Assembly: GCA_048885525.1 (NCBI GenBank)
Contig: JBHLLP010000004.1
Location: 59,413 to 123,412, forward strand
Length of the DNA: 64,000 nucleotides
From: Candidatus Hermodarchaeota archaeon
GTDB lineage: Archaea; Asgardarchaeota; Lokiarchaeia; Sigyniarchaeales; SOKP01
Direction: 5' to 3'
In this document: piece by piece, positions 48,380-59,344 of the stretch
Position numbering within the stretch: position 1 is the stretch's first letter
How the letters are laid out: each line of letters starts with the position of its first letter
The notes under the pieces: generated by a model
Database searches by the model: none
The model's input: the letters and a program-made list of their open reading frames with translations, nothing else
Told to the model about the DNA's origin: nothing
Position numbers and translations under genes: made by a program

Positions 48380-49561
48380 CTAATTGTAAGTAAAAGAACC
48401 AAACTCTGATTTAATTTCCAGTATATTTTTATTTTTTTTTGGAGATTTCTCACAATATCCAATTATCTTAGAATCAAGCTTATACTTTTTTGTGATTTTA
48501 ATTATTTCTGGTGCTATAGATTCATTACATAATAATTCCATTCTATGCCCCATATTAAAAACACTATACATTTCTTTCCATTGAGTTTCAGATGATCTTT
48601 GAATTAATTCAAAAATTTTTGGGATTCTAAAAAGATTATTTTTAACGAATTTTAAGTTTTTACCAAATTTTAGAATTTTAGTTTGTCCTCCACCAGTATT
48701 ATGTATGATCCCATGAATCTCTTTTCTATATTTTTTTAAAATGTCTATAATGACTGGAGCATAAGTTCTTGTTGGTGATAGTAGAGCCTTTCCTATATTT
48801 AAATTAAGCTCTTCAATCATATCTGTTAATTTGAATCTACCAAAGAAAATAAGATGCTCATCAAGGTTTTGATCGTAACATTCAGGGTATTTTTTATAAT
48901 ATTCATGAGAAAGTAAGCCATGTCTAGCTAATGTTAACCCATTACTTCCAATGCCGCTATTATATTCTTCCTCATAAGAAGTTTTTCCATAACTAGCTAA
49001 ACCTATGATAATATCATCAGTTTTTATATTACTAGCATCAATTATATCTTCTTTTTTCATTGTTGTGAAAGCAGAAGCATCAACGACAATAGTTTTAACT
49101 AAATCCCCAATATCAGCAGTTTCACCCCCACACATCTTAACGCTTAAACCTAGAGAAGTTAATTTTTCACTATATTCATAATATTCTTTAATAATTGTTT
49201 CAATAACATCTGCTTTTATAAAACGACTATTTCTTCCAAGGTTATTCGAAAAGTAAATATTCCCAGTTGCTCCTATACATAAAAAATCATCTAGATTCAT
49301 AACCATAGCATCTCTAACTATACCTTTAAAAATTGAAATATCACCTGTTTCTCTATAATACATATAAGCTAAACTAGCTTTTGTCCCCGCTCCATCAGCA
49401 TGAAATACCGAACAAAACTCTTTTCTATCATCAATATCTTCAATTATTTTACAGAATGCTCCTGGAAATAACCCTTTATCAATTGATTTTATAGCATTAT
49501 GAACCTCTTCTTTTTTGGATGAGACTCCTAACTTTTTATACAAATTATTATTTTCAGACAT
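48380..49561 (-). CDS. purM: Phosphoribosylformylglycinamidine cyclo-ligase (AIR synthase)
   Basis: Y...GV, DGAGTK, MN.DD, GGETAD, G.GSNG, H.TGGG, VFNMG. Confidence 0.88.
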   Translation of the reverse strand: MSENNNLYKKLGVSSKKEEVHNAIKSIDKGLFPGAFCKIIEDIDDRKEFCSVFHADGAGTKASLAYMYYRETGDISIFKGIVRDAMVMNLDDFLCIGATGNIYFSNNLGRNSRFIKADVIETIIKEYYEYSEKLTSLGLSVKMCGGETADIGDLVKTIVVDASAFTTMKKEDIIDASNIKTDDIIIGLASYGKTSYEEEYNSGIGSNGLTLARHGLLSHEYYKKYPECYDQNLDEHLIFFGRFKLTDMIEELNLNIGKALLSPTRTYAPVIIDILKKYRKEIHGIIHNTGGGQTKILKFGKNLKFVKNNLFRIPKIFELIQRSSETQWKEMYSVFNMGHRMELLCNESIAPEIIKITKKYKLDSKIIGYCEKSPKKNKNILEIKSEFGSFTYN

Positions 49562-49571
49562 AATTTTTAGT

Positions 49572-50930
49572 TTAAAAATTATATTTGGGCTTTAGAACCT
49601 TTAATAAATTATCAACTTGTTCAACAGCCTTGCCAATATACTTATGAGGGTCAAATAATTCCTCTAATTCTTCAATTGAAAACTTTTCTTTAATTTGAGT
49701 ATTTTCAAATAGTATATCTTTCATGTATAAATCTTCTTTTCGAGCTTTTATTGATGCTTGTCTTAGGAGTTCATGACCCTCTTGCCTTCCTATACCACGC
49801 TTGACTAATTCAACCATGACTCTTTCAGTAAGACAGGCACCTCTTGTAAGATTAAGGTTCTTTTCAATTTTTATTTCATCAAATTCTACTCCCCTTAAAT
49901 TTTGAGTTAATTGTTTGATCATATAATCTAATAATATGAAATTCTCAGCGAATATTACCCTTTCAGAGGCAGAATTTGTAATGTCTCTTTCATCCTCTAA
50001 AACTATGTTATCTAATGCTACTATAATATTAGATTTTAAAATTCTTGCTAAACTACATATCCGTTCTGATTTATGAGGATTCCTTTTATGAGGCATAGTC
50101 GAACTTCCTACTTGTTCTTTTTTAAAAGGTTCAAACATTTCAGCAATTTCATTCCGTTGAAGTATTCGATTCTCTCTTGCTATTTTAGCTAATGTTTGAC
50201 CAATTAATGAGGTTAAAAATATGACTTCTGCATGTCTATCCCTCTGAATTACTTGATTTGCTATAAGAACCGGACTTAAATCAAGCTTATTCATTACTGC
50301 TTCTTGAATTTCTATACCTTTCTCACCAAAACTAGCCATTGTTCCAACAGCACCTGACATTTTACCAAAAGATATTCGTTTCTTAATTTCAGAGATCCTT
50401 TCTAAATGTCTATTTACTTCATAGGCCCATACACCAAATCTCATACCATAAGTGGTGGGTAATGCATGTTGACCATGAGTTCTTCCTATACAAATTAGAT
50501 TTTTTTTTTCATCTGTTAATTTAATTAATATCTGTAATAAGTTTACTAAAGAATTAAAAAGGTAATCTAAAGCTTCTTTTAATTGTAAAGCAGTAGCAGT
50601 ATCCTCAATATCATAACTTGTTGCACCAAAATGAATATATTTACCTGCATCACCTTCACATTGTTCTGCTAAACTCTTAACCATTGCCATTAAATCATGA
50701 TGAATATTTTTATCAATTTCTTTCACTCTTTCTAACTTTACATGATCTAAGTTTGCTTTTTTATTAATTTCCTCTGCAGCATCTAGGGGAATATTTCCTA
50801 ATTCAGCATGAACTTGTGCTAATACAGCTTCAATCCTCAGCCAATTTTCTAATTTTTTTTCCTCAGTAAAAAAATTAGCCATTTCAGTTCGATATCTCGT
50901 TTCTATGGGATAAATAAACTTATGATCCAT
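49572..50930 (-). CDS. purB: Adenylosuccinate lyase
   Basis: H.GATS.DI, GRTHGQHA, GAVGT, GSS.MPHKRNP. Confidence 0.96.
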   Translation of the reverse strand: MDHKFIYPIETRYRTEMANFFTEEKKLENWLRIEAVLAQVHAELGNIPLDAAEEINKKANLDHVKLERVKEIDKNIHHDLMAMVKSLAEQCEGDAGKYIHFGATSYDIEDTATALQLKEALDYLFNSLVNLLQILIKLTDEKKNLICIGRTHGQHALPTTYGMRFGVWAYEVNRHLERISEIKKRISFGKMSGAVGTMASFGEKGIEIQEAVMNKLDLSPVLIANQVIQRDRHAEVIFLTSLIGQTLAKIARENRILQRNEIAEMFEPFKKEQVGSSTMPHKRNPHKSERICSLARILKSNIIVALDNIVLEDERDITNSASERVIFAENFILLDYMIKQLTQNLRGVEFDEIKIEKNLNLTRGACLTERVMVELVKRGIGRQEGHELLRQASIKARKEDLYMKDILFENTQIKEKFSIEELEELFDPHKYIGKAVEQVDNLLKVLKPKYNF

Positions 50931-51228
50931 TTTTCCTTCTCTTTTTATTTAATCTTAATTAAAATAATGCAACATCAAGAAATATATCTTATTTTATTAG
51001 AGATAAAATAATCTAATCAAATATTATTAAAATTTAAAACAATAACTTATATCTCCCAAAATTATAATTTTGGAATAAAATTAACATTTGTTTGCCTCAT
51101 TCATAATTTTTCAGTAAAAATTTTTTTATTTAATTTGTTTCGGGATGATTGAATCTAAAAAAAATAGAAATTAGAAAATCTAATAGCTATTTCAAATTAA
51201 ATTTTTTTATATTTTCATTGTTATCTAT

Positions 51229-51429
51229 ATGTTTCATGAACAGAAATTTTTCTTTTTTAGATGTTACAATTGTGGTGAATGGTATTATACAAATCGAGTT
51301 ATTAAGTCAAAAAAATGCTGGAAATGTAACCACTCCTTTTCTTTTAAAAATTCAATGAAATTTACTAAAGTTTGCTCAATAAAAGGAGCAATTTCAATTG
51401 TCAAGAAATTAAAGAACCAAAATTGTTAA
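51229..51429 (+). CDS. Small zinc-ribbon protein (DUF1922-like)
   Basis: FRCYNCG......KSKKCWKC; co-oriented upstream of tldD. Confidence 0.65.
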   Translation: MFHEQKFFFFRCYNCGEWYYTNRVIKSKKCWKCNHSFSFKNSMKFTKVCSIKGAISIVKKLKNQNC

Positions 51430-51533
51430 AAAAGAAAGATATTTAAGCAATTCTTCTATTTTTTTGGTTATAGACTGACAATCAGTATATTTTTACTAAT
51501 AAATTGGAGAACTTATATACTCAAACACTAAAA

Positions 51534-52985
51534 ATGGAAATTTCAGATCACTTAAAAGCAATTGACAATAATTTAATTAGCCAACTAAATCAGATTGGGA
51601 AAGATAAAGTCGAATATTGGGATATCAGGGCTGAAGCAAATAATGGCATTAGTATAGATTTTACTAATCAAAAGAGTAAAGAAATCTCATCTTTTGAAAT
51701 TATTAATTGTGGAATTAGAGCTTTTAAGAATGGTGGTTGGGGTTTTTCTGTTTTAAAAGACTTAAAACGTGATTCTATTAAAGTAGGTTTACAAAATGCT
51801 ATGAAATTAGCTGAGCTTTCTGAATCATTAACTAAAACAAAATTTAAGATCGCTCAAAATGACCCATTGGTTCAAAAATACAATAGCAGTAGAAAAAAGA
51901 ATTTGATAGAAATAGATATTCAAGATAAGATAAACCTTGTTAAAAATCATGAAAAAATAGCCTCAAATTATTCATCATATATAAAAAATACACATACGCT
52001 CTATATGGATGGACACTCCCAGACTTTATTTTTAAATTCTTTTGGAAGCAATATTATTCAAGACCTATCATTTTTGCGATTATTTTGTATGGTATTTGCC
52101 AATAAAAACGGAACTACCCAAACTTCTGTAAACTCTGTTGCCGGTATTGGTGGATATGAAATTGCAGAGACAGAAGAAGCTAAAAATTTAAGCAAAAAAA
52201 CAGCTAATGAGGCAATAGCTTTATTAAATGCAAAATCTCCAGTCGGTGGTAAATTTACCATTATTGCAGACTCTAAATTGACTGGAACAATGATACATGA
52301 GGCTTTTGGGCACGCTTGTGAAGCTGATCTGGTGTTAAACAATGAAAGCATATTAAACGGAATGATTGGTAAAAAAGTAGCTTCGGAAGAAGTCAATATA
52401 ATAGATAATCCATCTATGGGACAAGGGAAGCTATTCAATTTACCCTATGAGTTATTTGGTAGTTATTTCGTAGATGATGAGGGTATTCCTTCACAAAAGA
52501 CTATAATTATTGAAAATGGTATTCTCAAGAATTATTTGCATAACTTAGAGACTTCTTCTAGAATGAATGTTCTGCCTAATGGTCATGGTAGGGCATCTGT
52601 AAGTTCAGAAAGACCCCAAGTACGTATGGGTTTTACATTACTAGAACCAAAAGAATGGAAGTTAAAAGAGATGATTGAAGACACTAAAGATGGAATTCTT
52701 TGTGAGGATTTTCAATATGGGTATACTGACACATCAACTGGAAATTTTCAATTTAAATGTAGATTTTCATATAGAATTGAAGATGGCGAAAAGAAAGAAA
52801 TTATGAGAGATGTGTCTCTTAGTGGAATGATTCTTGAAGTTTTAAATAAAATCTCGGCTATTGGTAATGAAAAAACATTTAATTATTCAGTTGGTATATG
52901 CGGGAAGGGTGGTCAGCGTATCAGAGTATGTGATGGAGCACCATACATACGAATAGAAAATGTAACTGTTGGAGGACTAAATTAA
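51534..52985 (+). CDS. tldD: TldD metalloprotease
   Basis: HEAFGH..EAD, DDEG, GHGR, RM, CGKGGQ. Confidence 0.92.
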   Translation: MEISDHLKAIDNNLISQLNQIGKDKVEYWDIRAEANNGISIDFTNQKSKEISSFEIINCGIRAFKNGGWGFSVLKDLKRDSIKVGLQNAMKLAELSESLTKTKFKIAQNDPLVQKYNSSRKKNLIEIDIQDKINLVKNHEKIASNYSSYIKNTHTLYMDGHSQTLFLNSFGSNIIQDLSFLRLFCMVFANKNGTTQTSVNSVAGIGGYEIAETEEAKNLSKKTANEAIALLNAKSPVGGKFTIIADSKLTGTMIHEAFGHACEADLVLNNESILNGMIGKKVASEEVNIIDNPSMGQGKLFNLPYELFGSYFVDDEGIPSQKTIIIENGILKNYLHNLETSSRMNVLPNGHGRASVSSERPQVRMGFTLLEPKEWKLKEMIEDTKDGILCEDFQYGYTDTSTGNFQFKCRFSYRIEDGEKKEIMRDVSLSGMILEVLNKISAIGNEKTFNYSVGICGKGGQRIRVCDGAPYIRIENVTVGGLN

Positions 52986-54359
52986 ATGGATGAATTAGAT
53001 ATTCATACTTTAGCAGATTACTGTTTGAAATTAGTTGATCGTAACAATTCAGATATTAAATGCACAGATATTTACTTTGAAAAAACTAAATATATCAATA
53101 TTGAAATTGAAGAAAATTCAATAAAAAATAGTGAAATTGGAGAGGATAATGGTGTTTCGGTTAGAGTTATTCATAAAAATGGTTCTTTAGGATTTGCTTA
53201 TACTAACAAATTGGATAATGTGACTATTAATACAATTTGTAAAAATGCAATTAAAATGATGAAAGTCGGTACTCCTGATCCTGATTTTAAAAATCTCCCC
53301 CCATCATTTAAGAATTATCCCATTGTTAAGGATTTATATGATAGAAATTTAAAAAATTTGCAATTAGAAGATTCTCTAAATTATGTTAATGATTTAATTA
53401 ATGTTTGCGAAGATGATGAGATGGCAATTTCACAATCGGGAAATTTTGCGTCAGGTTACTCAAGGATATATATTTTTAATTCAAATGGTCTTAATGTCAC
53501 CAGAAAGGATACAAGTTGTTTAATCTCATCCAATATCATTGTAAAGGATAAGGTGAGTAAAGAAACATCTTCTGGCTATGAAAGTCAAATTGAAAGAAAT
53601 TTAAATAAATTAAATGCTATAAATGTAGCACAATTGGCTTTAGAAGATGCTAAACAAAATCTAAACAGGAAAAAGATAAAGAACATGAAAGTACCAGTAA
53701 TTTTAACCCCAAAAGGTACAATAAGTTTAATTTTAAGGCCAATTGCTGCGGCAATTAATGCAGAAACCTTCCAATATAAAAGGAGCTTTTTAGTAGACAG
53801 AAGAGGTGAAAGAATAGGTTCAAATTACTTGAATATTGAAGATAATGGATTAATTGATGGTGCAGCTGGATCTAAGATATTTGATGATGAGGGTGTTCCT
53901 TGCAAAAATAAAAAGATCCTAAAAAATGGAATATTTCTTAAAACAGGATTACTACACAACAGTTATACTGCCGGAAAAGAAGGTTGCGAAAATACTGGAA
54001 ATGCTACTCGAAGTTCTTATAATTCAATTCCATCAATAGGGATTACAAATTTTATTATGAAACCAGGAGACATGCCATTGGAACAAATGTTCAAAGATAT
54101 TAAGGAAGGAATTGTTTTAGATTACACAGGAGATTCCCCCAATATATCAACTGGTGACTTTTCGGGATTAATACTCCATGGTAATTTAATTAAAAACGGA
54201 GAAATAAAGGAATCTTTGAATGAAACAATGATAGGTATAAATTTAATGGATCTATATCAAAAAATCGATGTTGTTTCAAAAGAGTTTAGGGTTTATGGAG
54301 CATTTCGAGCTCCATACGTAAGATTAAAATCTGTAAACATAATTGGAGGAGCAAATTAA
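52986..54359 (+). CDS. pmbA: TldE/PmbA protein
   Basis: G.S.RV, FDDEGVP, TGNA.R, TGDFSG, AP; no HExxxH. Confidence 0.9.
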   Translation: MDELDIHTLADYCLKLVDRNNSDIKCTDIYFEKTKYINIEIEENSIKNSEIGEDNGVSVRVIHKNGSLGFAYTNKLDNVTINTICKNAIKMMKVGTPDPDFKNLPPSFKNYPIVKDLYDRNLKNLQLEDSLNYVNDLINVCEDDEMAISQSGNFASGYSRIYIFNSNGLNVTRKDTSCLISSNIIVKDKVSKETSSGYESQIERNLNKLNAINVAQLALEDAKQNLNRKKIKNMKVPVILTPKGTISLILRPIAAAINAETFQYKRSFLVDRRGERIGSNYLNIEDNGLIDGAAGSKIFDDEGVPCKNKKILKNGIFLKTGLLHNSYTAGKEGCENTGNATRSSYNSIPSIGITNFIMKPGDMPLEQMFKDIKEGIVLDYTGDSPNISTGDFSGLILHGNLIKNGEIKESLNETMIGINLMDLYQKIDVVSKEFRVYGAFRAPYVRLKSVNIIGGAN

Positions 54360-54874
54360 TTAGTGATATTTAGTCTAAGCCATAAAATATTATAAAATTC
54401 TTCAACTTCACTTTTTATTTGCCATAATTCAGTAATAATTATCTGATTATCTCCTACTACCGAAAATGATATATAATATTCTCCATAAATTCGAGTTTGT
54501 TCTGGCTTTAAAGTAAAATTTCCTATTGTAAGATATAATGTTCCATTTGAGCCAGATGAGCTCAAAACAGTATGATTATTTCCTTTTTTTATTTTAAATC
54601 TAAATGTAAAATCTCTATCTAAATGATTTTCAACAGTTAAATGAAATGAAATAGGATCATTAATAGATGCATTAGTTGGATAATTTTCTGCCTCTTGATT
54701 CCCATTTAAAATTCCAAATGTAACATAACCTGGTTCAGGTGTCAATAAATAATATATAATAAAACCTGAAACTATAATGATTCCAATAATCAGACAAATT
54801 TTGAGTAAAATTTCAAATTGCTTTTTGCTGATTGTTAAATCTTCTTTTTCCTTTTTTTTATTTATTTCATTCAT
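54356..54874 (-). CDS. DUF1616-like membrane-anchored protein
   Basis: Single TM, F.ILN....AENYP, VENH, terminal L.LN. Confidence 0.65.
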   Translation of the reverse strand: MNEINKKKEKEDLTISKKQFEILLKICLIIGIIIVSGFIIYYLLTPEPGYVTFGILNGNQEAENYPTNASINDPISFHLTVENHLDRDFTFRFKIKKGNNHTVLSSSGSNGTLYLTIGNFTLKPEQTRIYGEYYISFSVVGDNQIIITELWQIKSEVEEFYNILWLRLNITN

Positions 54875-55928
54875 TATCTTTAAACCAAGCGATAGTCTTC
54901 ATTAGTCCTTCTTCTAGAGAGGTTGTTGGCTCCCAATTTAAAATTTCTTTGGCTTTTGTAATGACAGGGCATCTATATATAGGATCATCTATAGGTAACG
55001 GTTTAAAAACTATTTTTGAATTAGAGTTGGTTAATTTTTTAATAACATGGGCTATTTCTAATATTGTATATTCTTTATTATTACCTAAATTAATAACTTC
55101 TCCAATTGCTTCATCCTTATATACCATTTTAAGGATCCCTTCGATCTCATCTACCACGTAAATAAAAGATCTCGTCTGTGAACCATCTCCAAATACAGTT
55201 ATATCTTTATCATGAAGAGCTTGATGTATGAAATTAGGGATAACTCTTCCAAACGCAGGACCATGTCTTATCCTAGGTCCTGAAGTATTAAAAATTCTTA
55301 CTATCTTTGCTCTTAACTTATGTTGAAGTTCATAGGCTTTAATAAAAGCCTCTCCAGCTCTTTTAGATTCATCATAACAACTTCTAGGTCCAACAGGATT
55401 TACATGTCCAAAATAGGTTTCTGGAGTTGGAATAGCTTCTTTTGGAGGGTTTCCATAAACTTCAGAGGTGCTTGTGTAAAAGAAAATAGCATTATGGAAC
55501 TTAGCGATTCCTAATGAATTCAATGTTCCCAGTGTATTACTTCTAAGAATAGATATTGGTTCCTCTTGGAATTCAAACGGTGATGCTCTACTTGCCATGT
55601 GCATCACGATATCAATTTTTTTGATATCTGCTATACAAATACCTAAAGGATGGTATGAAAATCCGAAGTAAATGGGATATGAAATATCATGATTAATAAA
55701 GCGAAAGTTTTCTTTCCCCATTAAATGCAATATGTTTTTAGGTTTCCCAGATGATAAATTATCTAAACAAATGCAGTATGCACCCTGTTCAACTAGAACA
55801 TCACAAACCCATGAGCCTAGAAAACCAGCACCTCCAGTTACTAATATTGTTTTACCGTCAAAAGAGATATTATCTTTTCTAAGCCGTTTTATTATCTCTT
55901 GAATATCTAGGATAATATTATAGTTCAA
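54867..55928 (-). CDS. NAD-dependent epimerase/dehydratase, UDP-glucuronate decarboxylase-like
   Basis: TGGAGFLGS, ASRASP, STSEVYG, VNPVGPRSCYDESKR, RIFNT.GP, GDGSQTRSF. Confidence 0.9.
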   Translation of the reverse strand: MNYNIILDIQEIIKRLRKDNISFDGKTILVTGGAGFLGSWVCDVLVEQGAYCICLDNLSSGKPKNILHLMGKENFRFINHDISYPIYFGFSYHPLGICIADIKKIDIVMHMASRASPFEFQEEPISILRSNTLGTLNSLGIAKFHNAIFFYTSTSEVYGNPPKEAIPTPETYFGHVNPVGPRSCYDESKRAGEAFIKAYELQHKLRAKIVRIFNTSGPRIRHGPAFGRVIPNFIHQALHDKDITVFGDGSQTRSFIYVVDEIEGILKMVYKDEAIGEVINLGNNKEYTILEIAHVIKKLTNSNSKIVFKPLPIDDPIYRCPVITKAKEILNWEPTTSLEEGLMKTIAWFKDNE

Positions 55929-56104
55929 TTTTGATGACCTTAGAATATTTTAGTATATCTTTTTCTTATTTATTGTTGTAAATAAATTTTTCTTTAAGCT
56001 AAAACCTGGAATAAAATATCTAACTATAATGATAGATAATAAAATAATGATTTTAAAAAGAAAAATAGATAACAAATATATAAAACTATAATAAAAAGAG
56101 CTAT

Positions 56105-56689
56105 CTAATTTGTCTTAGAACCACAATACTGACAGAATTTTAATTCTAACGGATAGTGCTTTCCACAATTAGTACATTTCTTCAATGATTTTTTAAGAAT
56201 TTCTCTACCCAGCATTTCAAAAGCTTTTTCAACGTTTTCTCCAGTTTTTGATGAAGTACTTAGCATTTCTCCTTGAAAATTAAATTTATCAAATAACTTT
56301 AGTGCTTTCTCTCTTTTTACCTTTCTCTTTAAATCATTCTTCGCTTCGATTAATATTTTTGTTTTAGGAGCATTAGGTACAGAAGAAATCACATTAATCC
56401 AATCATATAAATCATTAAGAGAATCTTCATTCGTAATATCATATAACATTAAAGCACCAGATGCACCAGAAACATAAGAAGGAAAGAGGAGCCGAAATTT
56501 CTTTTCACCAGCGAAATCCCAAATATTAAGCAAGATTTCAGTATCATCTACGATGACTTTTTTTGTTTCGAAGTCTACACCAATCGTAGATAACGTGGAT
56601 TTTTCAAATTTACCAGTAGCAAAACGACGAAGTAAGCTGGTTTTACCTACATTTTTAGCTCCAGCAACAACGACCTTAAATTTTATCAT
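56105..56689 (-). CDS. Rab-like small GTPase with C-terminal zinc ribbon
   Basis: GAKNVGKTS, TIGVDF, IWDFAG, AKND, TSSKTG.NV; CTNC...CQYCG. Confidence 0.9.
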   Translation of the reverse strand: MIKFKVVVAGAKNVGKTSLLRRFATGKFEKSTLSTIGVDFETKKVIVDDTEILLNIWDFAGEKKFRLLFPSYVSGASGALMLYDITNEDSLNDLYDWINVISSVPNAPKTKILIEAKNDLKRKVKREKALKLFDKFNFQGEMLSTSSKTGENVEKAFEMLGREILKKSLKKCTNCGKHYPLELKFCQYCGSKTN

Positions 56690-56825
56690 ATCCTCTCTCG
56701 CTCAATCTTTTTTGAAGTTATATCCTTACTCAATAAAATTCAATAATATTATAAATTATTATTGAAAATATAAAAAATCTTTTTTTATTCTTTAAATAAG
56801 TTAGGGATTGTGTTATTACTCGGAT

Positions 56826-59153
56826 TTATGAGTCGTTTTTATATTTATATCTGCTAATTTTATAGATTTGGTGAGCGATTTTTTTCCCAACATTCTCTAT
56901 TTTCGTTAAATCTGGAACGTCTGCTAAAAAAATATTTTGTAATGTCTTTAATTCTTTCAATAAATTTTTAGCTCGAAGTGAATTTACACCTGGTATTCCC
57001 GCAACTATATATTCTAATAAACGAGAAGTTTCAATAGGGGCTTTATCAAACCTAAGTTTTAATGAAGATTTTGTAGCTGATTGTTCCTTTTTTGTTAATT
57101 GATATAAGAATTTGGCAGTCTCAATAGAATCTTCTGTTCTATAAATTGAAATGCCTAAATTAATAATTATCGCAGTAATAGCTCCGTAAAGAGCATTCTC
57201 ACTAATATTTGTGTCTTTAAAAGGGTCACCCTCTAAAATTAATATTGGCCTAGAAAATTCTTCCCTGAGCTCGCTTAATTCAGTAAATAATCTTCCATCT
57301 ATAATAGAATCATTAAAATCTTTTGCTGATTTTCTCTCAACACCCACTCTTTCAGAAATTATATAATCTGCAACTGCTAATTGCGCTAATTTTAGTTTTA
57401 TTCCTATTAATGATAAAGTTCTTACAACAGAAGACGCAGTTTCGCGATTATCGCATATAATTTCAAAATTCTCAGCATCTTCAATTCTCTTAATCGAACT
57501 TAAATCAAGTTCAATATCTTCACTTTTTTCAGAAGAAATAAATTTTAAAAGATTCGATTGACCAGGGGTTGGTTGGATTTCAGATTTTTTAATTCGTTCT
57601 AAACTTAATTTCATATTTTTTTCTTTAGCTTTTTCTGCCCAATAATACCCTTCATCTCGAGTACCTTCTGCCATTAATATAAAAACTTTTCCCTCTTTTT
57701 TTCTCCCTGTACGACCCCGACGCTGGATAGAACGTATAGCACTGGGAACTACATCATAAAAAATGACCAAATCACATTCTTCTATATCTAAACCTTCTTC
57801 AGCGACACTAGTTCCTACTAAAGTATTATAAATTCCCTCTTTAAACTCACTAAGCAATCTTATTTGCTCTTTTTGAGTTAAACCTTTATCTGATCCCCTT
57901 GTTGCCTGTCCTACAAACTTATGAATTTTAATTGCTTTATCTTCTTTAAAATATTTTACTATATTATTTACAGAGTCTCGAAAATGACAAAAAACAAGAA
58001 TACGTGAATAAGGGTTTTCTTTAATTTGATTAGTCAGAATTTCTTTTAATTTCTCTATTTTAGGATGAACTAATCCTTTAGCATAAAGATCTTCTGTAAA
58101 TTTTTTGGCTTTTTTAAAATCATTATCAATAAATAATTCTTTTAATGATTTGTTTGCTGTATTTTGTTTAATCTTCTTTTCGTTCTTGTCAAAATAATCT
58201 TTAAGAGCGCTTATACCTTGAGTTTCTATTAACTCCGTCATATGAGATAATCTAATGGCGTTAGATGCTATTTTTTTAGCATTGAACATTTGGAACTTTT
58301 CATCATTATCTGTCGCTGTAGAAATTCTTCGATTAATTAAATTGTTTAATTTTAATAGATCTTTTCTATTGATTTTATTTATATCATAAGACCCAAGTAA
58401 ATCGTTCTCTTTAAGGACTTTATAAGATTTTTTTAATTTCTCTTCTAATATCGTTTTAACTTCTATGAATTCGGGTGGAAGCTTAATTTTAATCCATTCA
58501 TTATCTACTTTATAAATATAAGGTTTTACATCTGCATCCTTCTCTGTTCTAATTTCAATATGGTTGATAAACAAATTCTGTTTAATCTCGTTAATTTTAC
58601 CTTCAGTTGAACCAGGACTGGCAGTAAGACCTAATATTTGTGAATTCTTTGAGATATCTAGGTATTTTTTCGCTAGAAAACAATATGCATAATCACCTAC
58701 AGCTCTATGACATTCATCAAAAATCATTAAGGAAACATCTTTAATTGAATATAATTCTGAAATAATATCATTTTGAAGAACTTGTGGTGTCATGAAAGCA
58801 ACTTTAATACCTTCCCATAGACCCTTTCTTTTTTCAGGAGAAATTGAACCTGTAAGATAAATAAGAGATTCTTTGGGAAGCTTTGTTAATTCTAAAAATG
58901 ATTTAAAGTGTTGATCCACCAAAGGTTTAGTTGGTGCTAAAAGTATTACTTTCGAATTTTCGATTTCTGTTAATCTTTGTACGGTAAGCATTAATGCTAT
59001 GATAGTTTTACCTAAACCTGTAGGAATAACAACAAGACAGTTTTTTTTTAGACAATTAACAAAAATGTTCTCTTGGTATTCTCGTCGAGATATAAGATTT
59101 TGTTTAATTAACGGATGAGAAATAAAATCTTCATTTGTTGTTATAATACTCAC
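56826..59153 (-). CDS. hef: Hef (FANCM-like SF2 helicase + XPF/ERCC4 nuclease)
   Basis: REYQ, PTGLGKT, DECH, TASPG, QR.GRTGR, then D.RE...DY...ERK...DF and HhH. Confidence 0.94.
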   Translation of the reverse strand: MSIITTNEDFISHPLIKQNLISRREYQENIFVNCLKKNCLVVIPTGLGKTIIALMLTVQRLTEIENSKVILLAPTKPLVDQHFKSFLELTKLPKESLIYLTGSISPEKRKGLWEGIKVAFMTPQVLQNDIISELYSIKDVSLMIFDECHRAVGDYAYCFLAKKYLDISKNSQILGLTASPGSTEGKINEIKQNLFINHIEIRTEKDADVKPYIYKVDNEWIKIKLPPEFIEVKTILEEKLKKSYKVLKENDLLGSYDINKINRKDLLKLNNLINRRISTATDNDEKFQMFNAKKIASNAIRLSHMTELIETQGISALKDYFDKNEKKIKQNTANKSLKELFIDNDFKKAKKFTEDLYAKGLVHPKIEKLKEILTNQIKENPYSRILVFCHFRDSVNNIVKYFKEDKAIKIHKFVGQATRGSDKGLTQKEQIRLLSEFKEGIYNTLVGTSVAEEGLDIEECDLVIFYDVVPSAIRSIQRRGRTGRKKEGKVFILMAEGTRDEGYYWAEKAKEKNMKLSLERIKKSEIQPTPGQSNLLKFISSEKSEDIELDLSSIKRIEDAENFEIICDNRETASSVVRTLSLIGIKLKLAQLAVADYIISERVGVERKSAKDFNDSIIDGRLFTELSELREEFSRPILILEGDPFKDTNISENALYGAITAIIINLGISIYRTEDSIETAKFLYQLTKKEQSATKSSLKLRFDKAPIETSRLLEYIVAGIPGVNSLRAKNLLKELKTLQNIFLADVPDLTKIENVGKKIAHQIYKISRYKYKNDS

Positions 59154-59344
59154 CAGTATGTATGAGAATACTTTAGGTATTAAAGATAAAATTTAATTGA
59201 AATATTTAAACTAATAGACTTTATAAGATCATTAAAAAATACTTAAATTCTTAAATCGAATTAACAATAATTTAATAAATTAAATTGATTCAAGAGTAGA
59301 GTAATATTTAATTCGTATGGTTTACTAATTTTAATTAAAAATAA

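Noticed and set aside
51149-51358. 69-aa TTG-start ORF overlapping the zinc-ribbon ORF
   Set aside because: Alternative frame; the 51229-51429 frame has an ATG and a paired CxxC
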